Shown here piece after piece: positions 26,705 to 39,690 of a stretch of DNA of 64,000 nucleotides. The stretch spans positions 4,216,001 through 4,280,000 of the forward strand of contig OZ024756.1 in NCBI GenBank assembly GCA_964016885.1. The letters are read 5' to 3'. This DNA comes from Eledone cirrhosa (lineage: Eukaryota). Each line of letters opens with the position of its first letter. Position 1 is the stretch's first letter. Under the pieces are notes generated by a model, which saw only the letters and a list, made by a program, of their open reading frames with translations, ran no database searches and had not been told where the DNA came from. A program made the translations under genes and the position numbers.

Positions 26705-27874
26705 GTCTAAGTGTACACAATTGACTGTTATAAAGAATGAGAAATATCATTTAAGTGAGTTCGTTTTTATTACTGCAAGCTATCAGGTAGTGGAGGCAGA
26801 TACTGTGGAAAGGCTTGAGAAATCGTTACAGTATTTTAACCAAATGAGGGCGATGTCTAATCTATCAATGACACGCTAGTTAAAATGACTTGCGGTGTTT
26901 CCTTGTGTTTATATATGTTCTAAGTTCAAATCCCACTTGAGTTGTCTTTACCTTTCATCTTTCGAGGTTTAAACAACATTTAGTTACAATATACTTGGCG
27001 CCCATTCAATTAATTGTCACTCAATCTTAGATTGTAGAAGTTTATTATCTTTTCTACCGAAGAAATCCCCGGTTTTCATATAATCAAACCGACAGGAGTC
27101 TTGTTTCTACGTCCTCAATAATTGCTCTCTCGTTTTTGTGAAGTTCGACAAAAACCAACGTAGTTTCCTTTGAGAACAGCAAAAGCATAATTCGTAACTG
27201 ATAGTGGAATCTTCTATTTAATTTGTATTCCTATATTTCTGATCTTTTTCTCATCTCTTAGCAAGAGAGATCGGTTATATCTCTAAAGTTATTTCATTTA
27301 TACATTAATGATTTTGCTGTTACTAACCATACACACACGTTTCTATACAAATGGTGTTAATATTTCCACCTCCTTAAACTACTACACCCATCAGTTATTC
27401 ACATACCACCTAGAGATCTCACATTAGATTTGCACAGTTTTCACGATCAACGATCTCAAAGATATCTTCTAATAGAGATATTATAACTCCATAAATCTCT
27501 GCATCACTAAGATACAATCAATACACAAATAAAGAAACATTAAAAGAAAGAAAAAATACTTTCTAGAAACAGATAAAGATTACAATCACCGATGATATGT
27601 TATGGAACATCAATATATAAAATTTCAAAACCAGAAATCCACAGACCAAGATTTCTCCTCCAGATAAAATTATATTAAATCTCCGATCAGTTACTGATAG
27701 CTACAGAACTCAAGTGTGTCTCATTAGACAACTACTCACATATCTGATATATTGATGTGTGGTTCTATCTACGCATGCGCACTTCGAAGCCTGCATCAAA
27801 TAGCCAACCCACAGACATCCCCCTCCTTTTTCTCTCCTTTTTGTTTTGTTTTGTTTTTCTCTCATTTTGTTTAT

Positions 27875-29320
27875 TATATTGGTTTCTGATTTAGGCAAAA
27901 GGCCAACAATTTTGTGGAGGGGGAAAGTCGATTGCATCGACCCCAGTACGTTACTGGTACTTTATGTGGCATTGCAGTATCAGTAGAGAGTCGGACGCCA
28001 TGCTTTGACGCATAGAGTTTAGCCCCTTGCTATTTTGAGTTCAAATCCAGCCCAGGTTAATTTTGCCTTTCATCCTTACGGGGTCGATAAAATAAAGTAC
28101 CAGTAATGCACTGGGTAATGCTGGCCTTGTGCCTAACGTAGAAACAATTATTTATGTGGCATTATTACAATAGGGCAGTTATAAGAAACCATTATTACAA
28201 AAGGGCGGTGGATTGGTAGTATCGGTAGAGGGTCGGACGCCATGCTTTGACGCATAGAGTTACGCCCTTTGCCATTCTGAGTTCAAATCCCGCCGAGGTT
28301 AACTTTGCCTTTCATCCTTATGGGGTCGATAAAATAAAGTACCAGTAATACACTGGGTAATTACTGGCCTCGTGCCAAAATTAGAAACAATTATTACAAT
28401 AGGGCAGTTAATTGGCAGTATCGGTGGAGGGTTGGACATGCTTTCCAGCATAGTTACGTCCCTTTACAATCTGAGTTCAAATCTCGCCGAGGTTAACTTT
28501 GCCTTTCATCCTTACGGGGTCGATAAAATAAAGTACCAGTAATGTACTGTTTAATTGCTGGCCTTGTGCCTAAAGTAGAAACAATTATTTGATATAAGGG
28601 TAGTGGGATGACAGTATCGGTAGAGAGTCGGACACCAAGCTTTGCAGCATAGAGTTACGGCCCTTTATGGTATGAGTTCAAATCCTGCGAGGTTAACTTT
28701 GCCTTTCATCCTTACGGGGTCGATAAAATAAAGGACTAGTAGTTCACTGGGGTAGATTTAATCGACTTCCCCCTCCCCCAAAATTGCTGGCCTTGTGCCT
28801 ATATAAGAAACCATTATTTGATATAAGTATATAAGTAGGGGGTGGATTGGCAGTATTGGTAGAGGGTCGGACGCCATGCTTTGACGCATAGAGTTACGGC
28901 CCTTGCCATTCTGAGTTCAAATCCCGCCGAGGTTAACTTTGCCTTTCATCCTTATGGGGTCGATAAAATAAAGTACCAGTAATACACTGGATAATTGCTG
29001 GCCTTGTGCCAAACGTAGAAACAATTACTTGATATAAGTATATCTAGGGATTCTATTAATAAACTACACATTATTTGAACAAATGTTACAAAGTAAATAT
29101 TGTTGATACAATATAACAATTGTTTCTAATTTTGGCACAAGGCCAGCAATTACCCCAGTGTATTACTGGTACTTTATTTTATCGACCACGTAAGGATGAA
29201 AGTCAAAGCTAACCTCGGCAGGATTTGTACTCAGATCATAACGGGGTGTAACTCGTAACTCTTTGTCATAAATCATGTTGTCCGACGCTCTACCGATTAC
29301 TACCGATCCTCCACCCTCTC
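27875..29320. mobile_element. Dense family-A SINE cluster (five head-to-tail + copies flanked by - copies)
   Basis: Plus copies at ~27970, 28202, 28410, 28597 and 28838. Minus copies at 27875 and 29117. Confidence 0.9.
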
Positions 29321-30325
29321 TTTGTTTATTATATCAATCCCTTTCTGCTACCCTACGACACTCCTCATCGTATACTTCTGTTCAACAATAAATATACAAC
29401 CAATCTGACGGCAGTCGTTTCATTACACCATCTGAGTTCATGGTGCATTGCCAGATATGATTACACATGTAATTATATGACATTACATCTCTTCCACCAT
29501 AGAATACCATCTACCCCTCACCACCGTCTGTTAACGATACATCTTTCTTCTATTCTCTGGTTGCTTCTTTCACTATTTCTCTACTAAACCATTATCTATC
29601 ACTCTTTCCTTTATACCATTATCTTATTCCTTACCTTTATTATTTTTACTTTCATTCTTTCCTTCAATTATTACTAAATACCATTCCATCATCTTCATCT
29701 CACCCCCCTTAAATTAGTTGTTCAGGTCACGAAGGTCAACAAGCTCAAGTCCCACTGGTGGAATCATAGCTAACTGCAACGAAATTCATACTCAAATCTG
29801 TATATATGTCAAGGTTCTTGAAACTTAACGAGGCATAAACCCAACAGGGGTTATATAAAACCCTCTAAACCGTCAGTATCGTTGCCCGAAAGCTCAAACA
29901 GATTTCAACTTAAGATACTTGAGACCTTAAGCGGCCATTTCTCAGTATGATTACTCTAAATGTTATCAATGAATGCTGCGTGGTTCACTTCAGGATTTTC
30001 TTATTTTTAAATTATCTTTCTTCGGATAATTAACTTCAAGTAACAACATTATCGGTAACAAGCTAAAGACGAGGCAACTTACTCCTAGTCTTGCTTAATA
30101 CAGAAGCTATCAAATCACTTTCTGAAAGAAGAAAAAAATGTGTTTGTAAAAATTGGACTTCCGTCACTTTCGACGACGAGTATTCAAATTGTTTGGTCAA
30201 CGGAACAGACCAGTCTGTTCATGGAACTAATGTGTATGTGGCTGAATATTCCACTGATACGTGTAACTTTAATGTCATTTTACTTATTACCACGCACGTC
30301 CACATATAAATACACACACACACAT

Positions 30326-30369
<44 letters not shown>

Positions 30370-30372
<3 letters not shown>

Positions 30373-30484
30373 AACGAGTAGGACCCCGACGGCTGAGCTC
30401 AAGCCGTTTCGACGGCTAACTACCCTAAGTATTGAGTACTTTGGTGCGTTATGGTCCACCTTGTTCCTTACCACATTTCCTTCG

Positions 30485-30487
<3 letters not shown>
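30370..30487 (-). mobile_element. Short (TA)n-embedded element carrying the 3' half of an HHR
   Basis: Minus strand GAAA-cggc ttgagctca gccg-TC-ggggtc. Copies at 5394-5480 (+) and 62457-62590 (-); longer degenerate relative at 22365-22490. Confidence 0.55.
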
Positions 30488-30532
<45 letters not shown>

Positions 30533-30538
<6 letters not shown>

Positions 30539-30811
30539 AGGACGATTTATTATGTCTACATTACTTTTATTGAATAGTGACGCGCGTTTCGTTATTGATC
30601 AGCTCAAGGTTCGATCTATATCGATCTGGCCCGACCCTGGAATCAAAATCTCGTCGGACTTCTGTTGTGATCATTACCACAGAAGTAGGACGAGATTTTG
30701 ATTCCAGAGTTGGACCAGATCGATACAGATCGAACCTTGAGCTGATCAATAAAGAAACGCACGTCACTACTCAATAAACGTAATGTAGACATAACAAATC
30801 GTCCTTATTAT
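30533..30811. repeat. Snap-back palindrome (~135-bp arms) with HHR 3' half in each arm
   Basis: Arms meet at ~30672. GAAA-cgcgcg-TC-acta (minus arm) and GAAA-cgcacg-TC-acta (plus arm). No CTGANGA half is visible. Confidence 0.75.
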
Positions 30812-30910
30812 TATTACTATTATTATAAAGTACCAGTAATGTACTGGGTAATTGCTGGCCTTGTGCCTAAAGTAGAAACAATTATTATTATTATTATTAT
30901 TATTATTATT

Positions 30911-32152
30911 GTTCTTTGAGTCTCAGTCATTGATGTTAGTTAACTTGAAAGTTTGTTGAAATGAATATCAAGCCACTACCTGCAGCCTCAGATATTCAGG
31001 ACGTATCGGAGGGTTCTTGCTGTTCCCAGCAAGCATGCCTTTTGAAGTGTTCCAAAAAGCGGGGCGTGGCCAATTTTCTTTAACCATCCCTGGAAACCTT
31101 TTGAGATAGTACCTAGTGCGCCTATGACAATCGGGACCACTTTGACTTCATGACAATTTCAAATAATCCCCCCCCCCCCACACACACTTTAATTCCTGGT
31201 ATCGGTTAATTTTCTCCCTCTCCTTCTCTTGCACTCACATGTCGAATGGGCAGGCCACATCCACAATCAGGCACGATCTTTTTTCCTTGTCCAAAACCAC
31301 CAGGTCAGGTCTATTGTGTTCCAGTTTCTTGTCCGTCTGTATCCTAAAATCCCACAGCACCTTCACCTGATCGTTCTCTATCACCGCCTCTGGCTTATGC
31401 TCATACCACTTCTCAGAATGTGGTAAATTGTTTACTTTGCATAGGTGCCAGTGGATCACCCTGCCCATCATATCATGTCTCCAGCTTTTATAGTGAGTCT
31501 GGGCTAGATGTTTACACTCGGATACAATGTGAGCCACAGTCTCCTCTCTCTCTCTCCACAGATCCTGCACAGTGGGCTAGCCTCCTCCTTGTAAATATGG
31601 TGTTTCAGCCACTTCGTTTTGGGGGCCTGCTCTTGCGCAGCCATTAGCATTCCTTCTGTAGCCTGTTTAAGGTCTCCTCTTTTCAACCAGTTCCATGTCT
31701 GTGGATCTCTGAATTCAGTTTTCTCAAAGAAGGTTCTATGAAGGGATTTGTCATGAAGGCTGCTCTTTCTCCTTGTTATTTGCTCCTTGGACATCCCCTG
31801 GTCTATTGTCCTCTCCTTCAGTACAGTTCTGTGCATTGGCTCCTTACTATCGGTCACGTATTTGTGTAGGTTGTTTTTCTCCATCTGAACACAGTCCTCT
31901 ATGCTGATAAGACCTCTTCCACCCTCAGATCTCCTTAAGTAGAGTATATCGACATCACTCCTCTTGTGGATCAAGTTGTAGATAGTCAATAGCTTCCTAG
32001 TCTTCCTATCCATTTCTTTTTGTTCAGTAACATTCCATCTCAGAATTCCCGCACTGTACCTAATAATAGACACAGCTCGGGAATTTACTGCACTTATGGC
32101 ATTCCTACTGTTCGGATGTGACTTTAATACGCTCCTTACTCTCCGAATGTAT
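30911..32152 (-). mobile_element. 5'-truncated R4/Dong-type RLE non-LTR retrotransposon
   Basis: LYLRRSEGGRGL, AAQEQA, CRICG..EETVAHIVSEC..RHD zinc knuckle, and HNRPDLVVLD..IVDVACP restriction-like endonuclease. (TTA)n tracts at both ends. Frameshifted. Confidence 0.85.
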
Positions 32153-32285
32153 ATTATTATTATTACTATTATTATTATTATTATTATTATTATTACACTC
32201 TGCTTAGTAATACACCTGTATATTTACTGAAAACTCTGCATCGAGTGCTCACTAAGGTGAACCTACAGTAACTGGACGTTACAAT

Positions 32286-32327
<42 letters not shown>

Positions 32328-32577
32328 TTATATTCTTGTACAACAGCGGGATACTTTATTTCCCACTACTCCAGTATATTCAACTTAACAAAAGACGTTG
32401 GACCCTGTGTTTCAAAGGACCAGCCTTGTTACACATTGTTTCACATTGAATCTTACAGTCTCTTAGACGTTAATTTCAGCATCTTCCTGTTCCGTTGCTC
32501 GACACCCCTTCAACACCCCTCCTCTTCAGTAACGACGTCGCTCAAACAAATACATACACACCCACACACACGCGCGC

Positions 32578-32615
<38 letters not shown>

Positions 32616-32684
32616 TATGTTTTTTTCCGTAGAAAAGGTAAGGGAAAGAAGAGTGCTCTAAGTATAGTACAGAGTGGGGGGTAA

Positions 32685-32727
32685 GTGGGGGACGACGTTT
32701 CGGGCATAAGCCCTTCCTCAGGTGAGA
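32685..32727 (-). ncRNA. Hammerhead-like motif in PLE 3' region
   Basis: CTGAGGA-agggc ttat gccc-GAAA-cgtcg-TC. Core and stem II are intact; local stem I is poor. Confidence 0.6.
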
Positions 32728-33025
32728 AGTGTGTGGGAACAGAGTTCAAAAGGTGTGTAGGGGAGTGGTGGAGAGACATATAGCGAAAGGAAACGGTGCG
32801 AATGAAAAAAAACAAATAAAGATAAAAAATAAAAATAAAGCATGATCAAAATACAAGGAATGAGAAAATTTAAAAATAAAGGCATGATCAAAATAAACTG
32901 AAATTAAAAGGGGGGTAAACAGGTGGTGGAAGGGTGGGGGGTGAGTAGGGGTGGTGGCGGGTGGAGTGGGGAGAGGGAGACGGGGTGTTCGAGCGGGGAG
33001 GGCTGAAGGTGGTGTGTGTGTGTAG

Positions 33026-33056
<31 letters not shown>

Positions 33057-34222
33057 AAAGTAAGGGTTGGGGGAAAAACGGGGTTGCATGTTCAGGAAGG
33101 GGTGTGTGTGGGGGGTGTTTTTGTGGGACGGAGTGTTTGTGCGTGTGTGGATAGGGGGGTGGGGGGGAGAGGAATCAGGAGGCTGAGGGTGTAAATATGT
33201 GGTGGGAAGCACGTGTGTGTGGGGTTTAAGCGTGTTGTGGGTGTGGGTGGCGTGTGGAGAAAAAAAATGTTTTGGGGTGTGTGTGCGGGTGAGTTATATA
33301 GGTGATTACGCAAGAGGATGGTTGAAAAGTTGGTAAGTTCTAAGGATGTTAGTAGATTGTTTGTAAGTCAAATTCTGCGTGTGGGTAATCCATGAAGTAG
33401 TGGTCGGAAGAGGAGAGATGTGGGGTTCGCGCGCAACAGGAAGTGGTCAGCAGTGGGAGTGCTGTGGTCTGTTGGTGCTGGGAGGTGGCCAGCGGGCACA
33501 GCAGCAGTCAGTGGAATGATAAGGGGCGAGGATGGGTAGGTGTGAAAGTTGGAGTGAGGAGGGTGTGTGTGTGTGTGTATTAGTAGGGGTGTTAGTGGGA
33601 TGAGTGAGTGTGGAGCGAGGGTGTGGGTGGAGTGGGGAGAGAAGGGTGTGTGTGTGGTTCTATGGAGGGAGTGTGGTGTACTGGTGTGTGTGTAGTTTGA
33701 TGAAGAGGTGTTAGTGGGTGTTAGTATACGGGAGGTGGGGAGGGGTTGAATGCAGGTGTGAGTGGGGGTTAGTAGTGGTAGGGTGTGTAGAGTTGGTGGT
33801 GTACGAGGGTGTGTGGGTACGTGTGCGTGGGCTTGGGGGGGGGGTAGTGATGTTAGTTGCGTGTGGGGTGGGTGGTGTAAGTGGGTGCGTGTGTTCGTGT
33901 GCTTGGGGTTAGGGGGTGTTAGTGAGGTTAGTTGCGGGGTGGTGGGATGGAGGTGTGGGGTGAGGGTTAGTGGTGGTAGTAGGGTGTGTGTCTAGTGTGA
34001 GCGTGTGTATATATGTGCCGGTGGGTGTGTGCGTGTGATAAGGAGGGGGGAGGAGGAGAAGAGGGGAGGGAAGGGATGTTAGTATGTTAGTTGGGGAAGG
34101 GTGGTCAGATGAGGGGTGGAGTGGAGGTGTTAGTATTGTTAGTGTGGGGTGGGCGGTGAAAAGGAGGGGTGCGTTAGTGGTGTTAGTGGGGGATAAGTGT
34201 GGGGGAGGGGGGCGGTCGAACG

Positions 34223-37138
34223 CTAAAGGAATAAGGGTGGGGAGTTCAGGCCGGGGGGAGTGTGGGTCTGTAAGATGAAGATAGTTCGTTGTTCGACCGT
34301 AAGGCGATGGGCGGGTGTTCCGTGGCACTGGAGTAGGCCACAGACTGTGAGAATGGCGTGCGGAGTGTCCAGGGCCACCAAAGTGGCGGGCGATGGGGGA
34401 ACTGCCCCCGAGATGAATATCCCGGAGGTGCTCCGTGACTCGGTCCGCCAGGCGACGTCCCGTCTGTCCGACATAAGTCGCGCTACACTCCGTGCAGCGA
34501 AGTCCGTAGACTAGGTTGGAGGAGGTGCAGCGGAAGGCATGCGGGACCGAGAGAGAGTGGCCGTTGGGACCCTGGAAGGTGGTGGTGTTGGTGATGTGGG
34601 GACAGGTGTTGCAGCGGGGCCTAGAACAGGGAAAGGAACCGGGGGGGGGACAGAGCGTGGGTTGGGGGTAGGGAGCTGTGGACGAGGAGGGTGCGGAGAT
34701 TGCGTGCGCGTTTGAAGGAGGGGAGTGGTGGGGTTGGGAAGATGTGGGAGGTGGTGGGGTCGGACTGGAGGCGTCGGAAGAGGCGGCGGATGGTGCGGTG
34801 GAGGGGTAAGGTGGAGGGGTGGTAGGTGATGGGGAAGGGGAGACGGTGGGTGGGTGTGCGGTGGCGTGGGGTGAGGGCGGTGGAGCGGGGGACAGCACGG
34901 GCGCGGGTGAGAGCGGTGTAGACGAGAGAGGGGGGGTAACCTCTGCGGATGAAATGGCTGACTAGGGAAAGGGCCTGGGACTCGAAGTCAGCATCACGGC
35001 TACAGAGGCGGCGGATCCTGAGAAGTTGGGAGTAGGTAATGGAGTGTTTAGTGTGGGTGGGGTGGGAAGAGGTGAAGTCGAGGTAAGAGTGGGAGTCGGT
35101 GGGTTTGAAGAAGGCGGAGGTGACGAGGGAGTGGTGGGAGGGGTCGAAGGCGACGGAGATGTCTAAGAAGTACACGTGGGTGGTGGAGATAGAGGTGGTG
35201 AAGTGGAGGGAGGGGTGGAAGGAGCAGAAGAAGGAGAGAAAGGAGTCGAGCTGTTCTCGGGTGAGGGTCGTGGCTCCGATACAGTCGTCAATGTAACGAC
35301 CGTACAGTTCGGGCGTGGGGCCGGTGTACTGGGCAAAGATTTGGGCCTCAACATGGCCAACGAAAAGGTTGGCATAGTTCGGGCCCATTCTTGTGCCCAT
35401 GGCTACCCCCGTGGCCTGTTGGTAAAACTCACCCGAGAAGGAGAAACAATTTAGGGTGAGGACCAGCTCGGCGAGGCGAAGGAGGGTGGGGGTGGAGGGA
35501 ATGGGGGAGGGGCGAAGGTCGAGGTAGTGTTTGAGGGCGCGAAGGCCGTCGGCGTGGGGGATGACTGTATAGAGGGACTTGATGTCTAGGGTGAAGAGGA
35601 AGGGCTGTGGGCCGGGTAGGTAGGTGAAGGAGTCGAAAAGGCGCAGGGCGTGGTTGGTGTCGGAGATGTGGGAGGGGAGGGTGGTGACAAGGAGGGCGAG
35701 GAAGGAGTCGAGAAAGGCGGAGATGAGTTCGGTGGGGCAGTTGCAAGCGGAGACGATGGGGCGGCTTGGGTTGTCGGGTTTGTGGAGTTTGGGGAGGAAG
35801 TAGATGGTGGGGGTGCGGGGGGTGCGGACGATGAGGTGGGAAGCGGTGGGGGGAGGAGGGAGGAGGCGATAAGGTCTTTGATGGTGGAGGAGACTTGTTG
35901 TTGGTAGAGGGGGTGGGATCGGAGGGTAGAGGGCGGTAAAAGAGGGGGTTACAGAGCTGCCTGAGGGCTTCGGCCGTGTAGAGGTCCGCGCGCCATACCA
36001 CTACGGCGCCTCCCTTGTCCGCCGGTTTGATGACGATGTCATCTCGGCTACGGAGGGAGCGGAGAGCGAGGAGTTCGCCCCGTGAGATATTGTGCCGTTT
36101 GGAACGGTGGCGGAAGTCGAAACGATTTACTGCGCTACGGCTGGCATCGACGAAGGCGTCCAGGGTGCTAAATTGCTCTGGGGCCGGCGTCCAAGAAGAT
36201 GGTCGTCGGCCCAGGGCGAGAAACGGGTCTAGGGCGTCCGGAGCCGGTGGCGTTCGGCTGAAATGTGCCTGTAGCTTAGTGCGTCGCACGAATCGCTCGA
36301 CTTCCGTTCGGGTGCGGAACTCGTCGCTGTGCGGAGAGGGGGGGTCAGAGGGTATGGTGACAACAAGGGGTGGAGTTGGGGTGATTGGGGGGAGGGGAGG
36401 GTGTGGTGAGGGGTGAGGTGTAGGGTGGAGATTGGGTAGGGGTGTGGGTCGGGGGAGAGGTGGAGAGTGGTGGGCGTATGGGGATGGGCGGGTGGTGGTG
36501 GATGGGGGAGGGGGGAGTGAGTGTAGCTTGCGGGCTTTGGTGGAGCTGAGGAACGAGAAGAGGTTGTGGTTGAGGTTGTGGATGAAGGAGAGGATGGGTT
36601 GAGCGAGGAGGGGGTGGCAGGTGGAGTAAAGGCGGAGGAGGGTTGGGGTCAGTTGGTGGTCAAGTAGGCGGAGGGTGGAACGGGAGGCGCGGATGGAGTT
36701 GCGCATCAGGAGGCGTGAGGATCGGGTGAGGATACGTTGCGTGGAGGGGGAAGCGGCGGGGGAGGGGTGGAAGTGTAGACGGAAGCCGAGGGAGATAAGG
36801 TGGAGGCGGAGGCAGTGGCTGAGGAAATGGATGTGGCTGGAGTGCCGGGTTTTGGCGAAGAGAAGGTAGGAGAGTTGAAGGGCGGAGGGGAGATAGCAGG
36901 GTGGGAGGAGGGGGTTGAGGAAAAGTTTGAGGCGATTGTGTAGTTGGTGGAGAAAGGATCTCAGGTTGGGCATGATGGGCGTTGGGTGAAAGCAGGGGGA
37001 GGGATGAGAGGGCAGGGGTGTGAAGCGGGGAGGAGTGAACGAAGGGGTGAGTGCGAAGGATAGGCAGAGACGGGGAAGGGAAAATGAAACAGAAAAACGT
37101 AGGGAGGGGGGGAGTAAACACCGGAAAATTAAAGACAA
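34223..37138 (-). pseudogene. PLE polyprotein (N-terminal domain, RT, GIY-YIG) with several frameshifts
   Basis: Overlapping ORF pieces 35429-37138, 34621-35400, 33909-34898 and 34223-34474 each carry consecutive PLE motifs. Confidence 0.85.
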
Positions 37139-37447
37139 AAAATCATAAAGGTAAAAACACAGGCAACCGTGAACAAAAAATCATAGAAATACAATTGTAA
37201 GAACACAGGCAAAGAATCTTATACGGAAAAAAAATGTACGGTAACAAAATCAAACAGAGGTAATGCGTGGAAGGAAAGACCAAGTGTGGGAAGGTGTGTA
37301 AAGTTCGGAGAAAGGTCACGGCGGATTAGATCGGGGTTGAGCCGGTTGTTAAGTTATGTTCCAGGGATGGAAGCTGTGTGAGCGTGTATTATATATAATG
37401 GAAAAATTTGAACAGGGACAAAACATGGTGTTGATTGTATCATATAC

Positions 37448-37500
<53 letters not shown>

Positions 37501-37558
37501 AAGGCTCTGATACAATCAACACCATAAACACAGAGCTGGCATATCTAAGAACTGACTA

Positions 37559-37614
37559 ACTGCCTGATGAGGTCATAGCCATTCAATGGCTATCATCGAA
37601 ATATATATAGCAGT
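37559..37614 (+). ncRNA. Type-I hammerhead ribozyme
   Basis: actgc-CTGATGA-ggtc atagccatt c aatggctat catc-GAAA-tatata-TA-gcagt. Perfect 5-bp stem I and palindromic stem III. Confidence 0.88.
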
Positions 37615-37655
37615 AAATAAAGGATTATGAGTTCATGCAATTGACTTATGTTTCG

Positions 37656-37726
<71 letters not shown>

Positions 37727-39123
37727 CCTTTGTAAAATTTTGAATTTGACCGCCAAATCCGGGGATTACCTCCCTTCGGGAAAACCATGTGCCTACTTGC
37801 AGTGTTTACTGCTAATAATCACAACCGGGCGGTCTAGAACGAAAACTTGTTGACGAAGTAAATTCCACTGTTCTATCTTCCAAAACCTATAACACTGCAA
37901 GTGGATTTTGTCGATTTCGGATTTACAGAAACCTAGCGGAGATATTATATATTATATGTGATATATATCATGTTATATATTATGTGTTATATGTTATGTA
38001 TGGTATCAACGCGACGGTCCAGGTTTCTCATATTTTCCTGAGGTCACTTTTCTCGTTGCTTTGGTCACTGCGGCTGACTTACCGGTCGCAATCTTCAATT
38101 TGCAAAGCTGTCTAAACGTAATGTTATAACTCTAAAGTAATATACCTTATTGAGTGCTTAGTTGCACATCCTGACTGCATTCGTTAGCTTCGCTGGAGCC
38201 AGAGCTTCGATGGAGCCAGAGCTTGGCTGCAGCCAGAGCTTCGATTATGCTGTACTAAATTTTATATATAACCGGACAGCCCAAGATAAACGTATGCGGG
38301 GAAGCGGACGCCGGTCCGAGCAGTGGCTTGGGTCCAAGAGATCAGACAACATACCTGGTTGACTATGTATGCCCTTTGGGGTAAGTCGACGCTACCTATG
38401 CTGCCAATCGGACTCTGCACGTCATCCTAGGCATGAACATCGCATGAGCCGGGACACGGTGGCTCAACCTCCATGGATAGTCGGTCCCGTACCATACACC
38501 AATAAGGCACTCTATATCACCCACAGTGACATGCTCCCTTATGGCCTGTTCACGCACTCCCTGCTTGTGTATCTTTTCAGTGGTATGTGCATATTCTCCA
38601 TGCACTCCATTACGTAACACCCCATGTATTTTTCCATATACAAACCAATGTATATCTTTGTATACTTTTCTTATATAATTCAGATGTATGTATTTTTTAA
38701 TATATATATAAATTTTTTTTTTTTAATATATAAATTTTTTTAATATATATATATATTTTTTCTATATTTTTTTCTATATCTTTTTATATATATTATTTTT
38801 TTATGCATTTTTAATATATTTTTTAACATAATTTTTTTAAATATATTCTGCATACATTCTTTTATATATCATGCATGCATCTACTATATACGGTCCTGGC
38901 ATACCCTTTACGTTAATACGATGAACTCCCCAAATGTAGCCTTGCTTGAGGTGTCTATACGTGGATTTATCCAAGTTGGCAGCATAATATCAACTCCGTC
39001 TGCTTTCACAACCCAATGTGTATCCTTATATGCCTTTCTTACATGTGTGTGTGGATGTGTGTACATACATGTATACATATGTGTTACAATATGTGCGCGC
39101 GTCTCTGTGTGTGTGTATGTATA

Positions 39124-39246
<123 letters not shown>

Positions 39247-39644
39247 CAGGTCACCAGTTGGTGCTACTGGTAACATGTATCCCAGTACAACCTGTCTCAT
39301 GGTCGGGTCGTTGGCGACTAAACTGGCAACCCCACCAAGGTTTCTTGGTGAGGAGGGTGACTTTGGACATTCTGCAGGACTAAAAACAAAACCTGTCAAA
39401 GGGCACTATAAAAGCTTCACGGCACAGGCATTGCTTTATATCTGGAGATCTCTCTGCCCTTGTCGTGACATGGTACTATGGGCCCAGCACTATGTGTCAA
39501 TAATTGTCACACGTGTAGTGTTTGTACCAGAGTTTTCAAGTCGCTGGATGGAGTAAAAGGTCACACTTGTTCAGCGCATCGGTAGGGGTTCCCCTACATG
39601 GATATAAAGTAGTGGCCGTATTCGAAAACGAGTTGGCAGCCACC

Positions 39645-39685
<41 letters not shown>

Positions 39686-39690
<5 letters not shown>

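Larger units (their letters stand above)
32613..37385 (-). mobile_element. Near full-length Penelope-like retroelement (tentatively Neptune-type)
   Basis: KPADKGGAVVVW, MGTRMGPNYANLF, RYIDD, FLDI, KPTDSHSYL..S.HP, linker C..RCNTC, and GIY-YIG NLVYGLRCTECSATYVGQT.R.L..R..EH. Long C-rich 3' region with HHR motif. Confidence 0.92.
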
